Shown: piece after piece, positions 1 through 13,489 of the stretch
Layout of the letters: the number at the start of each line of letters is the position of its first letter
Numbering within the stretch: the stretch's first letter is position 1
Assembly (NCBI RefSeq): GCF_018350175.1
Contig: NC_058373.1
Location: 115,818,001-115,882,000 of the forward strand
DNA: 64,000 bases
Reading direction: 5' to 3'
Origin: Felis catus
Lineage: Eukaryota
The notes under the pieces: generated by a model
The model's input: only the letters and a program-made list of their open reading frames with translations
What the model was told of the DNA's origin: nothing
Databases searched by the model: none
Program-made: the position numbers and the translations under genes

Positions 1-149
1 AGAGCATGAAATTCCTGCTCCTTGCTGTGCCATGAGAAAGAAAGTCCTTTGTCTCTGAACCGGGCATCTCATTATCTTCTGCTACCATCCATGATATTTG
101 TAGAGGCCGCTTTTAGGCAACAAGCTTGAGCAATAGAAACCTGAGTAGG

Positions 150-510
150 GTAAAAGGGCCCATGGTGACCACCAAGCAGAATGCAAACAGGCTCACTAAG
201 TGGTCCACCTCGAAGTAGCCATAGACTCTAACTGACCAACCAGGCACAGTTCCTAAGGTTACCAAAAGGAAAATTCCATACGTTCCCATACCTCCTCACT
301 CTGCCCTATAATTGAGGTCCTTCACCATCACTTCTCACAGACCGTCTCTCCTTTGCTATCCTGCCTGCTGCTCCCTTGTGGTATATTCAGTAAACTTCTG
401 TCTCTTGTCCTGCCTTGGGTGAATTCTTTCACCACCCATGCTGCTGGACCCTACCCAATTGGGACACCCCATATTCAGTGGCCCCCAATCTGATCAGAGT
501 GCCCCACAAA
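150..510 (+). mobile_element. ERV1-like LTR remnant
   Basis: TATA-like (cctataa), polyA-like agtaaa and U5-like gaattctttc. Boundaries approximate. Confidence 0.45.
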
Positions 511-555
511 ACTGTGGCAGGCTAACTTGTTACCTTGAAGATAGGGTAAAATCTT

Positions 556-781
556 TTTTTTTTTTTTAATTTTTTTTTTCAACGTTTATTTAATTTTGGG
601 ACAGAGAGAGACAGAGCATGAACGGGGGAGGGGCAGAGAGAGAGGGAGACACAGAATCGGAAACAGGCTCCAGGCTCTGAGCCATCAGCCCAGAGCCCGA
701 CGCGGGGCTCGAACTCCGGACCGCGAGATCGTGACCTGGCTGAAGTCGGACGCTTAACCGACTGCGCCACCCAGGCGCCCC
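556..781 (-). mobile_element. Young felid CAN-SINE (SINEC_Fc)
   Basis: tRNA-derived head, (CT)n, polyA; TSD taaaatctt at 547 and 782. Confidence 0.95.
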
Positions 782-1399
782 TAAAATCTTAGACCTATCA
801 CATTTCTTGACAGTTTTTGGTGACTAAGATGGGACGCTAACAGAAACATGCTTTTCTGGAACAACAAGAACAAAGTCCTCCACAGGCCAGAGTAGAGGAT
901 TAAAGAGGACTCCCCAGGATCCACTAGCGAATGCTCTTGATCAAGTGGTGGACAGGAAGGGACTAAGGTTTCCTCTCTGCCCTATCTTCAATAGATGCTT
1001 AGAGGCTGAGCAGCGAGTTAGGATTAAAACAAGTCAATCAAATGCTCCTTTGATTGTTGTTCATTCTCCTCCAAAGTGGGATGGGAAAGGGTTGTCATTA
1101 TGACAATAGAGGCAGAAATCCCTGCAGCCCTAGCCAAAATGCAACGTGGCTGTAGCTGCTGAGTCAAAGCCTCCTCAAAGCAGTAACAAATCATGTCCAC
1201 AATAAAGAGGTAGAAATTGAGTGGACCAAAAACATTAGAAGCTAATTTAATTGAGCCTTAAGTAGAGTGGGTCAGGGTTTAGTGCAGGCGCCTCTATCCT
1301 CTGTTATACCCTTGAAAGAGGATTTCAACTACCTCCATTTTGACCTCAAACTTTCTAATTGATCAAGTTCTTCTTTCTGGCTTATCTCTTAACTCAGGC

Positions 1400-2005
1400 A
1401 AAAGACCCTGTGAGCCAAGCATCCCCTGAAGGGAACTGATACTACCCCTTCAAGCAGTAAGGGCTGCACTGAACCAGCAAGACCCCACCCATGACAATGA
1501 AGACCTGACCTTTACTGCCCACCTGCAAGTACCTACTTACCTTTGTCCCACATTTTCCTGGTATAAACCTAGAAGTATTTTTGGCACTTTGGAGAAAGTC
1601 TTTGAGATGTTAGTCTGCTGTCTTTGTCTTCCAGTGTTGGGCTCACTGAAATAAATTCCTTTCTTATTTCATCTCCACTCATCTCTCTGCATTTTTAAAA
1701 TAAGTATTTATTTTGAAAGAGAGCGTGAGAGAGCGTGTGCTCATGGGAGCAGAAGAGGGGCAGAGAGCAACAGGGAGAGAAAGAATCCCAAGCAGGGTCC
1801 ATGCTGTCAGTGTGGAGCCCAACTTGGGACTCAATCTCATGAACCATGAAATCATGGCCTGAGTCGAAATCAAGAGTCTGAGGCTTAACTATCTGAGCCG
1901 CCCAGGTGCCGCATCTCTCTGCATTTGGGTTTTGTCAGTGGTTAGTGGCTGAACCTGGTCTGTTTGGGACCCCCTGAAACCAGGTGTTCTTGCACCCCTG
2001 CAATC
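1400..2005 (+). mobile_element. ERV LTR interrupted by a SINE
   Basis: TATA (gtataaa ~1561), aataaa ~1650 and a U5-like tail. Boundaries approximate. Confidence 0.45.
1695..1912 (-). mobile_element. CAN-SINE
   Basis: TSD atctctctgcattt at 1681 and 1913. Confidence 0.9.
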
Positions 2006-2009
2006 TCTG

Positions 2010-2450
2010 ATGTGGTCTGAAGTGGGGTTCAGGAGCAAATGGCCAAGAAACAATTCTTGAGACGTTTTTGGTGCAAAAGGGGTGTTTTTATTATAGCATG
2101 GGGACAGGACCTGTGGGCAGAAAGAGCTGTACTGGGGTTGTGAGGAGAGACTGATTATATAAGATTTTCTATCCTATGGGGGGAGGGTGATGTTAGAGCT
2201 CCAGGAAATTGAATCTATAGGGTTCTGGAAATTGCTTTTTTCTTGTAAATCATTAAGACAGTTGCAAACTGATGGAGACTCAGGCCCTGAATAACTGTGA
2301 TCTCTGTCAATTAACCATTTGCTTTTCCCTCTCCTTTTTTGTTGGGCATCCAGGAGTGCCTGAAGAATGTGACACATATCTCACCTGGGGCGTGGTTGTG
2401 GGGTGTTAGCTTGTGCTGTGTCTTCAGCTTCACCCCGGCTAGCACTTCTA
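2010..2450 (-). mobile_element. Carnivore ERV1-type LTR remnant
   Basis: Minus strand shows gctataataaaaacacc..gcaccaaaaacgtctcaagaattgtttcttggcc, the same motif set as the LTR at 26792-27497. Confidence 0.55.
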
Positions 2451-3324
2451 TTGATTCTTCCCTATTGCCAAGGGCCTGTGTGTTTTAGTCTGCTACTTAG
2501 AATACAACAGACTGGCACATTAATGCCACCCCTTTGGGGCCATGAACTCTGGAAACAAATTGTAGACACTGAACCATCTGGGTCACTCATGTAGTTGTTC
2601 CCGGTAAAGACCTATTCTCTGATGAGATCAGCAGGAAGCAAACTGGTGATTAAGCTTTGTATTACCTATCATACCACATATGGCAGAACATCTACCATCA
2701 TATCCTGGGCAGGAATTACAAGCATAGAACACATCAATTTCTACTATACCTGGCAGAAAATAAAAGACTCTATGTTTCTGATGCAGAGGCTACCATTGTC
2801 TGCTAGGCTTGTGATTCTGGTCAAAAGCTTATGTTTGTTTCAAGGTAAGAGAGCCCAAGTTGCATGCGTGCTACCTCTGCCTGCTCCTGGCAGACTGACT
2901 ACATCAGGACTTTGATCCCTTCCTGGGGCTACCAGTGGTGCCTTGCCACTGTTGACACTTTTTGAAGTTACAGTACTCCTGTTTCAATCAGATCAGCTGA
3001 CCTCGGCCACCCATTTGTGGCCTTTGAAACTACTGTGGGTCATATTTTCAGCTTTCTGAACCATCTGCAGCCTGACAATGGGACACATTGTAGTGTAAAT
3101 GCATGACATTAAGCTTTTGATTGCCGAGGCACCCATTTCAAAGATATCCGTCTCAAACAAACATATTGTTAGCTACACAAATAGATAAACAGCTACGCCA
3201 CTCCACCCATGAAGCTCCTCTTTTGCAAAGCTCTGGGTAATCTAGATAACTAACCACTTGAATGACAGTGCTTTTCCTTTCCCGCACTTTAATTCCTACT
3301 CTTTTAAACATTTTTTAAAAATTT

Positions 3325-3540
3325 GGGGCACCTGGGTAGCCTGTCAGTTAAGTGTCCAACTTTGGCTGTGGTCATGATCTCATGGTTCGTGGCTTTGAGC
3401 CCTGCATCCGGCTCTGTGCTGACAACTCAGAGCCTGGAGCCTGCTTTGGATTCTGTGTCTCCCTCTCTCTCTCTGCCCCTCCCACTCATGCTCTGTCTCT
3501 CTCTCAAAAATAAACACTAAATATCTTTAATTAAAAAAAA
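3325..3540 (+). mobile_element. CAN-SINE
   Basis: ggggcacctgggt head, (CT)n, A-tail; tail-to-tail with the next SINE. Confidence 0.9.
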
Positions 3541-3544
3541 AATT

Positions 3545-3737
3545 TAAGTTTATTTATTTATTTTGAGAGAGAGAAAGAGCCAGGAAAGGGCAGAGAGAGA
3601 GAGGAAGAGAGAATTCCAAGCAGTCCCTGCACTGTCGCACAGAGCCTGACTCGAGCCTGGAACTCACAAACTGTGAAATCATGACCTGAGCTGAAACCAA
3701 GAGTCAGAGGCTTAACTGACTGAGCCACCCAGGCGCG
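3545..3737 (-). mobile_element. CAN-SINE
   Basis: Reverse-complement SINE consensus ending gccacccaggcgc. Confidence 0.9.
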
Positions 3738-4285
3738 TGCACCCCCCACCTCCCACCTCTTTTGTTTTAAATTTACCAATAAAGAGTAAACCAGTGAGGC
3801 CCTCCACCCCAATAAAGACAGAACCCCAGATCCATACACTCTCCCCGCACCCTAACCTGGCTATGTGCTCCCAGGTATCCTGTGTATGCATGCAGGACTT
3901 GTGAGTAATAAACCTCGCTTTTTGAAAGTTCCCTGATGGTTGTCCCTGAGGTGTGTCAGGCATTCATAATAAGAACCACAAGGGGCAGTCCGGCCACAAC
4001 ATTGGCTCCAGTGGGGGAAATGTCCTTGGAGAGTCACAAGGAGTAGTACAAGCCCAGGTGAATGCCCCCAGGCATTCTTAGCCAATAGCATCACTACAGG
4101 TAGGCTGAGACCTACACAAAGCACACATTTTATGCCTAAAGCCACTCATAGTGAACTGACAGTAGAGTTATTCAACAAACCATCAACATTCCCAGACATG
4201 AGGTATTATTTGAGTGTTGGAATAGCCTCCAAGAACTTGACTTGGAGCGTAAAAGAAGATTTACACTTCTGCCTCTCTCACCTAC

Positions 4286-4859
4286 TGTTGGTTCACACAC
4301 ATTATAAGATGATTTAATCACTTAATGAAGCTATCTCTAGAAAGGGATCATTGCCTCTTTATTAGAGTAGGCAGTTAGGCTTTCACAGGATGCCTGGAGG
4401 CCAGCAAAGGGGGAGTTCTGGCCCCCTATCAGGAGAGTCGGAGGACTGTGCAGGCAGCACTCTAAAAACAAAACCACCAGAAGTTGGACCAAACCAGGCA
4501 GGTCCAAGACAAAGGAGGCCACAAACCCTGACCAAGTAAGGGAGAAAAGGCACAAACCTCGCTTCCAAGGAAAAAAATCCCTTTCCCAAGTAATAAATAT
4601 TCTACCCCCTAGTTGACAACTGTCAAGAAAAGATAGAAAACCACCAGGGGTGTGTAGCTCTCTCTTGAGCGTACCTGTCTCACATCTCCAGAGTGTACTC
4701 CCACTTTAATAAACCCTTCACTTGCGTCATCCAACTGTTTTGTCTAGTCTGTCCTTGAATTCTTTCTTGCCAAGAGACCAAGAGCCTCTGGCGATATCCC
4801 GGGGACTAGCTGGGCGGAGACCTCAGGGGCCAGGGGTCTCCTCACACTGCCCAGCAACA
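4286..4859 (+). mobile_element. Solo ERV1-type LTR
   Basis: tgttg...caaca termini, aataaa at ~4708, U5-like end. No clean TSD seen. Confidence 0.55.
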
Positions 4860-5152
4860 TCTTAACCACTTCTTCCTAGATTATGATAAGGATACAAGGG
4901 ATGGGTGTTTATATAGCACTATTTGTAAAATTCTGCACTCTGCTGTGACCATTCCTAGGCATGATTCATCTTTCATTTCCCTGGTATATCACCCTGGCAG
5001 TGCTTCCTCTCAGTGCAGCCCGACTAGAAGGAGGCTTAGAGAATTTAAACCTAATTCTTTTCTAATATTATAAAAGTGCCCTAGTACCACTTCTACCGGC
5101 CCCTTCCAGAGAGAAGGTCCGGGTCTCAGTAGGAGATTTTACAAAGATTTTA

Positions 5153-5255
5153 GGGGCACCTGGATGGCTCAGGCAGTAGAGCATGCTCCTTTTGATCTCA
5201 GGGTCCCGAGTTTAAGGCCCCTGTGAGGCACAGAGCCTACCTGGTTAAAAAAAAA
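5153..5255 (+). mobile_element. Short old CAN-SINE
   Basis: gggggcacctggatggctcag..gagcctac followed by an A-run. Confidence 0.75.
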
Positions 5256-6259
5256 TTTTTTTTTAATTGGGGAATTTTTTGTTATCTACAGGGGCGACAA
5301 AAACCAATTTTGTCGTAGCAGAAAGAGAACAACAACCCTGGAACTATAGGAGGGAATACCTGTGTCCCAGGGAGGTAAGGAGGAAAGAGGGATATTAATG
5401 ATCTTTATCTTTCAGAACTTCCATTTGAACCTTCCTCATGAAGGACATTGCCCTAACGCAGCTCTCCCAAACTCTTGCAGGAATCTAAAATTTAACTACC
5501 TACTGAGTCTGCCATCCCATAGCAGGCAGCTCTGGCCATGATTTGACTACCTTATCTAACCTTATGGAGAAGTCCATTGGAAAAAACAGGAGTGGCCCCA
5601 GTTCCTGCACCATGCAAAACACCAGACAACACCTTCAGATGCCTCCTTCATCCCCAAGCAATAGCTTTCACTCAGTCCCGAAGGTGGGCAGATACCACCC
5701 CGACGGGTGAAGTAGACATGACAAATCAGAGAACTGTATTCAGTCCCTGAAACACAAGGACAGTTTTCCAGTTTGAACGGAACTGGGAAACATAAGGCTT
5801 ACCGGCCACTAGAAAATCATACTGGAGGTACTGTAAACCTAATGCTCTCAGATTTAAATGCCGTTATGAAAGGACCTCAAAATGTTAAACAACATTTTTT
5901 TAGGCATTAGGTGTACCTTTGTGGTATAATTTTTGTGTATAACAGGAATTAACTGGCCTCCCTTCCCAAAACGCTTTCATCTTAGGAATGATCATAGGGG
6001 TCTCCGTGTGTTTAAGGAAACATGACCAGTAGACCATGTAGCCCTCAAATGACTGCAGAGTTCTCTCCAAAATGAGGATACTCTCATTCATTTGGGGAAG
6101 ACTGCCAGACAGATAATCGACTTATCATTTCTGCACATGGTAATGGCAGCTTCCTTACAATGCTGAGAAACTTATTCCAGGTTTTAGCTAGTATGATCAA
6201 TGACACCACCTAAGCATCAGAAGACAAGAAAATCCACCAGCTAGTTATGTTTCCGGGGA

Positions 6260-9200
6260 GGGCCCAGAAGGCATCTCTTCACTGAATAGGTAAAGAATGA
6301 CTAATGAAAGGCGATACTGGCACGTCTGAGCAGCTCAGTAGCGGCTATCTTCTGGTAGACCTGGGCTGATGCTGCCATGGACCTGGACTCCTAGTCTCAT
6401 TGAACGAGACAGGATTCCAGAGAGGCAGGGGCCACAAGGAAGCATTTAACCATCAAAGGCAGAGCATTTGTAATTAATGTAACATTAATCAAATTGGAAT
6501 GTCAAACCAGTAAACGTTCAGACACAGGGGTCTATGATGATGTCTCACAGAACATGATATTCCTATGAGAAAAATAGATGGGCATCAATCAGGGCATAGC
6601 GTGATTTATGCAAGCAAAAATCTCTAAAGAACGATGTTAGTAGCCACAATGGAAAATGATGAGCTTTCACCCAGTTGCCAGACCTGGACCAGTTCTCAGA
6701 CCCAGACTGCTTGACTGAAGTGGAAGCAAGTCCTTTCAAAGAAAGACTAGACTCTGGAGGCAATAGTGCATGTATTTATAGAACTCATGCCCTCACTCCT
6801 TCCTCAGATGATACTCAGATCTTGGAGAAAGGGAAGTGTTCACATCTTAGCAGCGTTGTCAGCTACAGGGTGTGAGCTGCCATTAATAACAAGAGACACA
6901 AATGTTATGGTGATTGTCCCTGAGTGTGGGGGCATGTGGAGGCAAGGTAACAGATAGCTGGCACAGGTTTTTCTCATAACCTATGCCGTGTCTGTTGTCA
7001 TTCTCCTGGCCCTTCATGAAAAATTGACAGATGTACTTAGCAGCCGGCAGAATGCTTTCACTGGTTCCATGATAGAGGGAGTAAGGGTCACTATAGCAAC
7101 AAAAGCCAAGAGAAAGCCCCTCGGACAGCCTCCTCTACCAGCATAGGAGCAATATGCAGCTAAGACAGTAGCAGAGATCATGTTTACCTAAAAGACTTAA
7201 GAATGGTGGGCCACATTTATTCCCATTCAAGATTCCTGTGTGGCCCCTAAAATAACCTCCCTGGTTGTGGCAGTTGCTTATTCTGTGACCCCCTCAGGTC
7301 ACCGTTCAAGGGAGTAGTCCACTACAGGGAGCATGGATGAGCAGCAGTCTCCAGGTATCTTACCTTAGCAGCCATGAGAAATTAACCCCAGGCCCTGTTT
7401 CCCCTGGGAAGCCCTAGCCAATGTCTGAGTGTGTTGGCACTGAGCAGGGCCACTGCTGCCCAACACAGGAGGCTGTCAAGGGTCACTCTGGCTCAAGGGC
7501 TCCTGGATGAATCTGATTCACACCAACTCTGATGTCTGAGGCTCTTCCACTGTGATTCAGACTTTTTCTCCCCCTTTTCACAGAAGAAGTATTGCGGCCT
7601 GAAGTCTCTCTTGGTCCACTCTTACTCCTCCCCCTTTGTCCTTAGAGACGTTTCCTTCAACAAATCTCCTGAAGGTCAAGACATCTGTCTTGACATCTGC
7701 TTCTCCAAAGACAGTGGTGCTGTGATCTGACAAAACAGCTGGATGGGCTTGGGGACATGCTCAATCAACACTCTAACACTCTTGGCAAGGAGGACTCTGT
7801 CCTAAGAGGAATGTGAAGAAACAAAGATAATCCCTAGACTGCCCTACGTGGCAGGTAGCCCAATACTGAGGAATTTACCAACGGTGGCCCAGGCAAAGGT
7901 CCTGATGGAGGGCAACCCTCCCTCATGTGCAACGATTTAGGCATTTGGACCATACGGAAGCCACAATGTCTACAAGGATGGCAGAGTTGACAGGTTATGA
8001 CTAAGTTGTGTCGATGAGCTGTAAAAGGTAATGAGAATGAGAGGAACTACCCTAGTTTACTAAACGTTAAAGGCCATGTGTGAATGCCAGAAGGCTTTTT
8101 GGGTTGCTTACTGAAGGGCCCTTCTGTGCTGGCGTGGAAGAGAGATCACAGCTGAGGAGCAATCTCAGGATCAGATAGGCTTCCAACAGCAACAGGGACT
8201 TTTACATGGTCATCCAGAACAAGTATGTTATGCTGGGGAAACTCAGGAGTTCGAAACATGAGATGGTGACATCTGGGTGGATAGCCCTGAAAATATTGGC
8301 TCTGCACAGCCATATGAATGCCCAGAGCTTGTCCCGCCACAAGAGACTGTCCCCACTTCTCTTCCTGGCTGCTGTGCCACACCAAGCATAACCCGGCTGG
8401 ACAAGCTGCGCTGTGAGAGGAATGAGATTCCACCAAAGCAGCTGCAAGAATCACCCTGGCAAAGAATCACCCTGGCAAGGACACCATCCCAGGGGATGGG
8501 GCTCACGCACTTCTACGGGGACCCTCAGAAGCACACAGAAAGCAATTGCCCATCCTGGGCAAAGTGGAAATGCTTAATTTTCCATGGAAGTAGGCAGAAC
8601 AAGGCTGAGAGAAGCAGGCATGCTACACTGCATATATCATGTGAGGCCAGAGGACCCAGCAGAATGCACTGGGAAAGACACAGAGAGCAGATCAGTGGTT
8701 GCCAGAGGATGGGGGAGAGGGGAGAGCAAAATGGGAGAAGGGGCTCAAAGGTGCATTTTCCAGTCATATAATAAGCAAGCCCTGGGGAGGCAGCATACAG
8801 TGTGGTGACTATAGTGAATGAGACTGTATCGTATATTTGAAAGTGGCTGAGTAGATCTTAAAAGTTCCCATCACAAGAAAAAACTCTTTTGTAACTATGT
8901 ATGGTGACAGATGCTAACTGGACTTAACTGTGGTGAGCGAGCGTTTTGCAATATACACAAATATCGAGCTATTACACTGTATGTACACTTGAAACTGATA
9001 TCATGCCACATGTCAATTACACCTCAGTGAAAGGAAGAAACACGAACTGTGCTGGTGCAAGGAGAAGCATCACCTCTCGGAAGTTCTGTCGTGTCTCTCC
9101 TCCACAGTCCAGTTTGATGATAAGACAGATTGGCCCAGATCGGTGTTTGGTAACAACTATGGCGGTAATGAAGTCTCTGTAAGTAGTAGAGGCCAGGTGC

Positions 9201-9600
9201 CTGCTCTTCACAGGCCAAAGCTAGGGAACCACAATTACCATACAGTTTGTCAAGGTTGGAGAGGCAGCTAAGGGGAGTCACCTGTAGGGACTTTTGAGGT
9301 GGTAGGAAGCATGGCATCTCTGGTGGCAAACAGATGAGTGGTCACCAAAGAGAGTGCTGCCTCCCATCTACGATGGGAAGAAGGCAAAATTGGCGGAGCA
9401 GGAGGCTGAGAACGGTTGCCCCAGTAAAAAGTCATGATCCTTGTGCAGTTCCTGGAACAAAGATGATTTTCAGAGGCAGTAGCTGTTGATTGAAGAGATT
9501 GCGGGGTTCCCAGGAGGAAGGACCTATCAATATCATGACACACGGATAACGTAATGATTCTCCCAGTCCTTCTCCCACAAAGCCTATAGCCCTTTTCCTG
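6260..9600 (+). mobile_element. Highly decayed ERVL/MaLR-like internal fragments, with an L1M 3' end at ~8680-9030
   Basis: Motifs resembling those in the ERVL at 58.4-63.5 kb; L1 3'UTR motifs (gtatatttgaaagtggct..gtcaattacacctca). No ORF. Confidence 0.45.
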
Positions 9601-9957
9601 ACAGTCTGCCTCCTCATGTTATAATAACGATACAAAGCTGAACTCATTATACTAGAATACCTCAGGTTTAGCATAACCCAAGAAAATAATGAGAATAATG
9701 GGAATAATGGCACGTATTAAGTGCTTAACATGTTCCAGGCCTTTCTTGGGTGCTTTCTTTTGATCATGACAAAATCCTAGCAAAGTGCATTTCACCTCCC
9801 AATGGAATGTGGACCTTGAAACTGTCACAGCCTAAGATTTTGTCCAAGAGCACATATTTTGCAGGTGGTAGATCTGTTGACACTCATGTGCCATGACACA
9901 AAACTTCTTATGTTTCCGCTATATCTCCCAACTGTTACTTTAAATGCTATTTGTTTA

Positions 9958-10086
9958 GGGATGCTTGGGTGGCTCAGTTGGTTGAGAGTCTGGCTCTTGA
10001 TCTAGGCTCAAGTCTTAATTTCAGGTTCATGAATTCAAGCCCTGTGTTGGCCTCCTTACTGGGTATGAAACCTACTTTAAAAAAAA
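9958..10086 (+). mobile_element. Short old-type CAN-SINE
   Basis: tRNA-like head with no (CT)n tract; A-tail 10079-10086. Confidence 0.8.
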
Positions 10087-10326
10087 TAGCACCAATAAAA
10101 CGAACAAATAACAGAAATTCAGGATATAACCAATTGGAAAATGGTCCAATAACAAGTGTATACCAGTGCAAACAGGATTGCTATACGGGCATGTATAAAA
10201 CATTAGAATCCATGTCTTAATGAAAGTAAGAGCTCCTAATGTCATCTATGGAATTAGTAAGAATATGACCAGACAGGAAATATAAAATAATTTAAACACA
10301 TAGACCCCTTTGTATTGCCAGGGCAT

Positions 10327-10332
10327 TTTATT
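10327..10332 (-). terminator. Putative polyadenylation signal AATAAA of ADAM4-like A
   Basis: ~140 nt after the stop; positionally conserved with 25268-25273 in copy B despite diverged 3'UTRs. Confidence 0.6.
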
Positions 10333-10473
10333 CCAAGGTGGCAATCTCAGGATAAGATTGTGTAATTATCAGAGTAATTATTTTTCATTGCTACCAGTAG
10401 GTGTCAATATGATTTTCTCTATTTTGTGCATTTCAGTATTATTTACTAACAGAAATATTGGTGCTTCCACAGT

Positions 10474-12687
10474 TTATTTTTCAGCTCTCATCAAAACTTC
10501 TTTTAATTGGATAAGGCCACCAATGATTAATGCAAGCAGAAAAACAAACATACGAATAAACAGTAGAGCTAGTGCCTGGTGTATATTAATAATTATTTTG
10601 GGTGTGAGACCTACTTCTCTGTCAGGTGGGGGGCCACTGTCTATACTACCACCCAATCCTCTCTCGTCACACGATGGCGGTTTCCAACCTTTCATACAGT
10701 GACAATGTTTCTTGTTGTTGCACACCCCTCTGAAGTTGCATGTCTTGACATCGCAGTCAAAACCCATGTCTTCGTAAAAAGTACAATTCTGTTTCAAACA
10801 GTATTTTCCTGGGCCACATGTTGCACCATCCACTACAAGCCCCATTTCTGGCGTATCTGTCCCATGGTGTGTGTCATATCCAAAGCATTTTTCTTCTGTA
10901 ACACCTGGTATTATTATATGACGAAATGTAGTGTGCTCACCTCCACCAGGAATTTCATGGACATTACTACAGTGCAGCATTCCACAAAGAACATTATCTT
11001 CTTCGCATTTAAAAGGTCTTCCTCCTCCTTGTGACACCCTCACTCCACAGTTGCCAAATCGGTCACCCAGTATATTCAAACGTTCATAACACTCTGGTGA
11101 AGCATCTTTAATTTGGAAGCCAAAAAGGGATTGACACTGCATGTCACGGTCACTACAGTTTCCTCTCACACAAACAGCTAATGCTGAACATGGGGTTCCA
11201 TCTTGGGTATGCATGTCATTTGGACAATTATGCGTTTTCCCATCACAGTATTCTGGTAGATCACAAATACCAAGTAGGTCTCTGCAAATCGTTCCAGGTT
11301 GAGCAAATGTGCAGTTAACACAGCAGGGTCCTTCACTGCAGTCACTGCCAAGGGAGAGGTAACAATTGGTCTCACAACATTTATTCTCTTTACAATCTTT
11401 TAAGGAGCCACAGTCACATTCTTCTGCCTCATTTATGATCTTGTCACCACAACGAGGTGCTACATAAGGAAAATTTTTGTATAGGACATTTGGTATGCTC
11501 ATACAAGGATCCCACCTAGAAATCCAGTGATGCAGTCTCGCATAAGAACAATTGCTCATTGTATCCATTAAACCAGGCTCAGGAGTCATAACACAGTAGC
11601 TTCTTCGAAAACATATGCAGCCAGGTACATCATGGCGGAGCCCCATATTATGACCTAATACATGTGCTGAAATGGTTGCAGCCAAAAATATGTGGTAATT
11701 TGCTACATATACAAATAATGATCCCCAGTTGGGGTTGCATGTTCCATCCAGGTGACCATAAAAATGCTGTCCTGAGATTTTATGTCCTGTAAGAAGCAAT
11801 GAAGTATCATGTTCAATGAATCTGTGAATATTATAAAATTTCCACAACCCAAAGCTCTGTATAGCTTTGAATGCACTACTTTTTTTTGTTACATCTGTAG
11901 GATCCCGACCATTCCATATGCACAAAAGACGTACGTAGATGTCTATAAGACCCTGTTTGTAAATCGTATGGAGTACGTTGTTTATCATCACCACACCCTC
12001 TATTGCCTGTGTCACATTAGGCCTCATTAAATATAATGAGTGAGAAACCGTGTAGTGAATTTTTAAATATTTCTTATGTGGCCACCACAAATAAACGGGG
12101 GCTGCCCTAGGAGCTCCGGAAAGTATTGCCTCTTCAAATGCCTGATTTGTAGATTGTTCTTCAATCTTACACCTTTGAGACTCTGACGGTCTTCCTTCTG
12201 ACACAAGTAGAGAAATCACATGCTCGAATCTGGAAGAAGCCTCCAATGGTTTTATTTCATAAGTGAAGTCATCCACCTGCAGCATGCCATGCAGACCCCC
12301 GTAGCAGGTGTCCAGTGTGCCCATGGACCCAGGAACCCCTTCCAGGTAGCTGTGGTAGTAACAGTCTCGAGGGACAAACGGGTAGTCCTCCTGCATGGCA
12401 CCTTGATCATTGTCGGTGATAACAGGAAAATGTTTGGGCAGCAAGCTCTTCTTGACTTTCATGTGAACCACATGTCTTTGGCCTCTGAAGTGGATCTTAT
12501 AGGAAAGTTGGCCTTGTCTCTCAGCTCCACTCACCCTGTGGGACACCTTCCTGGGGATCACAACTTCAGAGGAAGCGAAGCGCCATCCCGGGAGGGCATG
12601 GGAGCAGCAGACCGGGGACAAGAGTAGCCAGAGCAGAGGCAGCCAGAGATCACCCGTCAAGTGGGCCTGGGCCCAGGCAGGCCCCAT
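10474..12687 (-). CDS. ADAM4: ADAM4-like disintegrin/metalloprotease-family protein, copy A (737 aa, intronless, predicted non-catalytic)
   Basis: Uninterrupted ORF with signal peptide, prodomain ([14 protein letters not shown]), metalloprotease-like domain ([12 protein letters not shown], Met-turn CVM), disintegrin ([13 protein letters not shown]), Cys-rich, EGF, TM and short tail. The N-terminus resembles rodent Adam4 as recalled, and it lies near ADAM21. Family is certain; the exact orthologue name is less so. Confidence 0.88.
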   Translation of the reverse strand: MGPAWAQAHLTGDLWLPLLWLLLSPVCCSHALPGWRFASSEVVIPRKVSHRVSGAERQGQLSYKIHFRGQRHVVHMKVKKSLLPKHFPVITDNDQGAMQEDYPFVPRDCYYHSYLEGVPGSMGTLDTCYGGLHGMLQVDDFTYEIKPLEASSRFEHVISLLVSEGRPSESQRCKIEEQSTNQAFEEAILSGAPRAAPVYLWWPHKKYLKIHYTVSHSLYLMRPNVTQAIEGVVMINNVLHTIYKQGLIDIYVRLLCIWNGRDPTDVTKKSSAFKAIQSFGLWKFYNIHRFIEHDTSLLLTGHKISGQHFYGHLDGTCNPNWGSLFVYVANYHIFLAATISAHVLGHNMGLRHDVPGCICFRRSYCVMTPEPGLMDTMSNCSYARLHHWISRWDPCMSIPNVLYKNFPYVAPRCGDKIINEAEECDCGSLKDCKENKCCETNCYLSLGSDCSEGPCCVNCTFAQPGTICRDLLGICDLPEYCDGKTHNCPNDMHTQDGTPCSALAVCVRGNCSDRDMQCQSLFGFQIKDASPECYERLNILGDRFGNCGVRVSQGGGRPFKCEEDNVLCGMLHCSNVHEIPGGGEHTTFRHIIIPGVTEEKCFGYDTHHGTDTPEMGLVVDGATCGPGKYCLKQNCTFYEDMGFDCDVKTCNFRGVCNNKKHCHCMKGWKPPSCDERGLGGSIDSGPPPDREVGLTPKIIINIHQALALLFIRMFVFLLALIIGGLIQLKEVLMRAEK

Positions 12688-13116
12688 GAGTGAGGGAGCC
12701 TGTGACCACAGAAGATGCAGTCAGGTGGGGGGCAGGCAAGGTGATCCCTGAAATAGCAGCTTTCCTGGCAGTGGAGTCCTGAGGAGACCAGAGAGAGACT
12801 GGGGGCTGGGCAGAGGCCAGACAGGTGGAGGAGGGAGGGGAAGCTATTACATAATAATGGTGTGCTCATTAAGGAGAGGGGGGTGCTGTGCTCAGTGAGT
12901 TGGGTGTCCTAGCACAGGGGACCTAGAGAAGAGGACAAATGGGAGGAATTGGGAACAACAGTGTGTATACCTGGGCTGAAAGGTCCCATGGTCTCTTGGA
13001 GAAGTCACAGGGGAAGAATAAGGGCATTTGGTGGAATTTTAAGTGAGCAAAGGACTTTTCTTTCTCAAACCTAAATGACATCAGGGATCAACATGTAATT
13101 AAAACAAAGGATGGAG

Positions 13117-13254
13117 GCTCAGTTAAGTGTCTGACTTCGGCTCAGGCCATGATCTTGCGGTTCGTGAGTTTGAGCCCCACGTCAGGCTCTCTGCTGTCAG
13201 CACAGAGCCCACTTTGGATCCTCTGGCCCCCTCTCTTTCTGTCCCTCCCCTGCT

Positions 13255-13291
<37 letters not shown>

Positions 13292-13322
13292 AATAAACAT
13301 TTTAAAAAATTAAGGAAAAGAG
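13117..13322 (+). mobile_element. 5'-truncated CAN-SINE upstream of ADAM4-like A
   Basis: TSD aaaacaaaggatggag at 13101 and 13323. Confidence 0.92.
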
Positions 13323-13489
13323 AAAACAAAGGATGGAGAGGAGAGTGGAAGCTTCTTTTAGAATTTTGAGGAGAGAATTAGATTCTCTCATACTTCATAA
13401 GAACTGAATGCACTTGGGGTGATTGATGGAAAGAAGGAGTAAATAGAGGCCATAAGTAGAAAAATTAGCGTGTATGATAATAGTTTCTT

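Noticed and set aside
579..770. Recurring 60-130 aa ORFs (..EPGACFRFCVSLSL.., MGQRETEHERGRG..) across the window
   Set aside because: Translations of SINEC elements.
5480..6230. Possible retroviral env remnant (and pol-like remnant at ~2450-3300, minus)
   Set aside because: Only a vague resemblance, with no ORF or diagnostic motif I can support.
8277..8771. 164-aa ORF
   Set aside because: Spans decayed ERVL-like and L1 sequence with no recognisable domain.
12220..12627. 135-aa antisense ORF identical in both arms (also 22980-23387)
   Set aside because: Shadow of the ADAM prodomain; the identity reflects the homogenised tract, not a separate gene.
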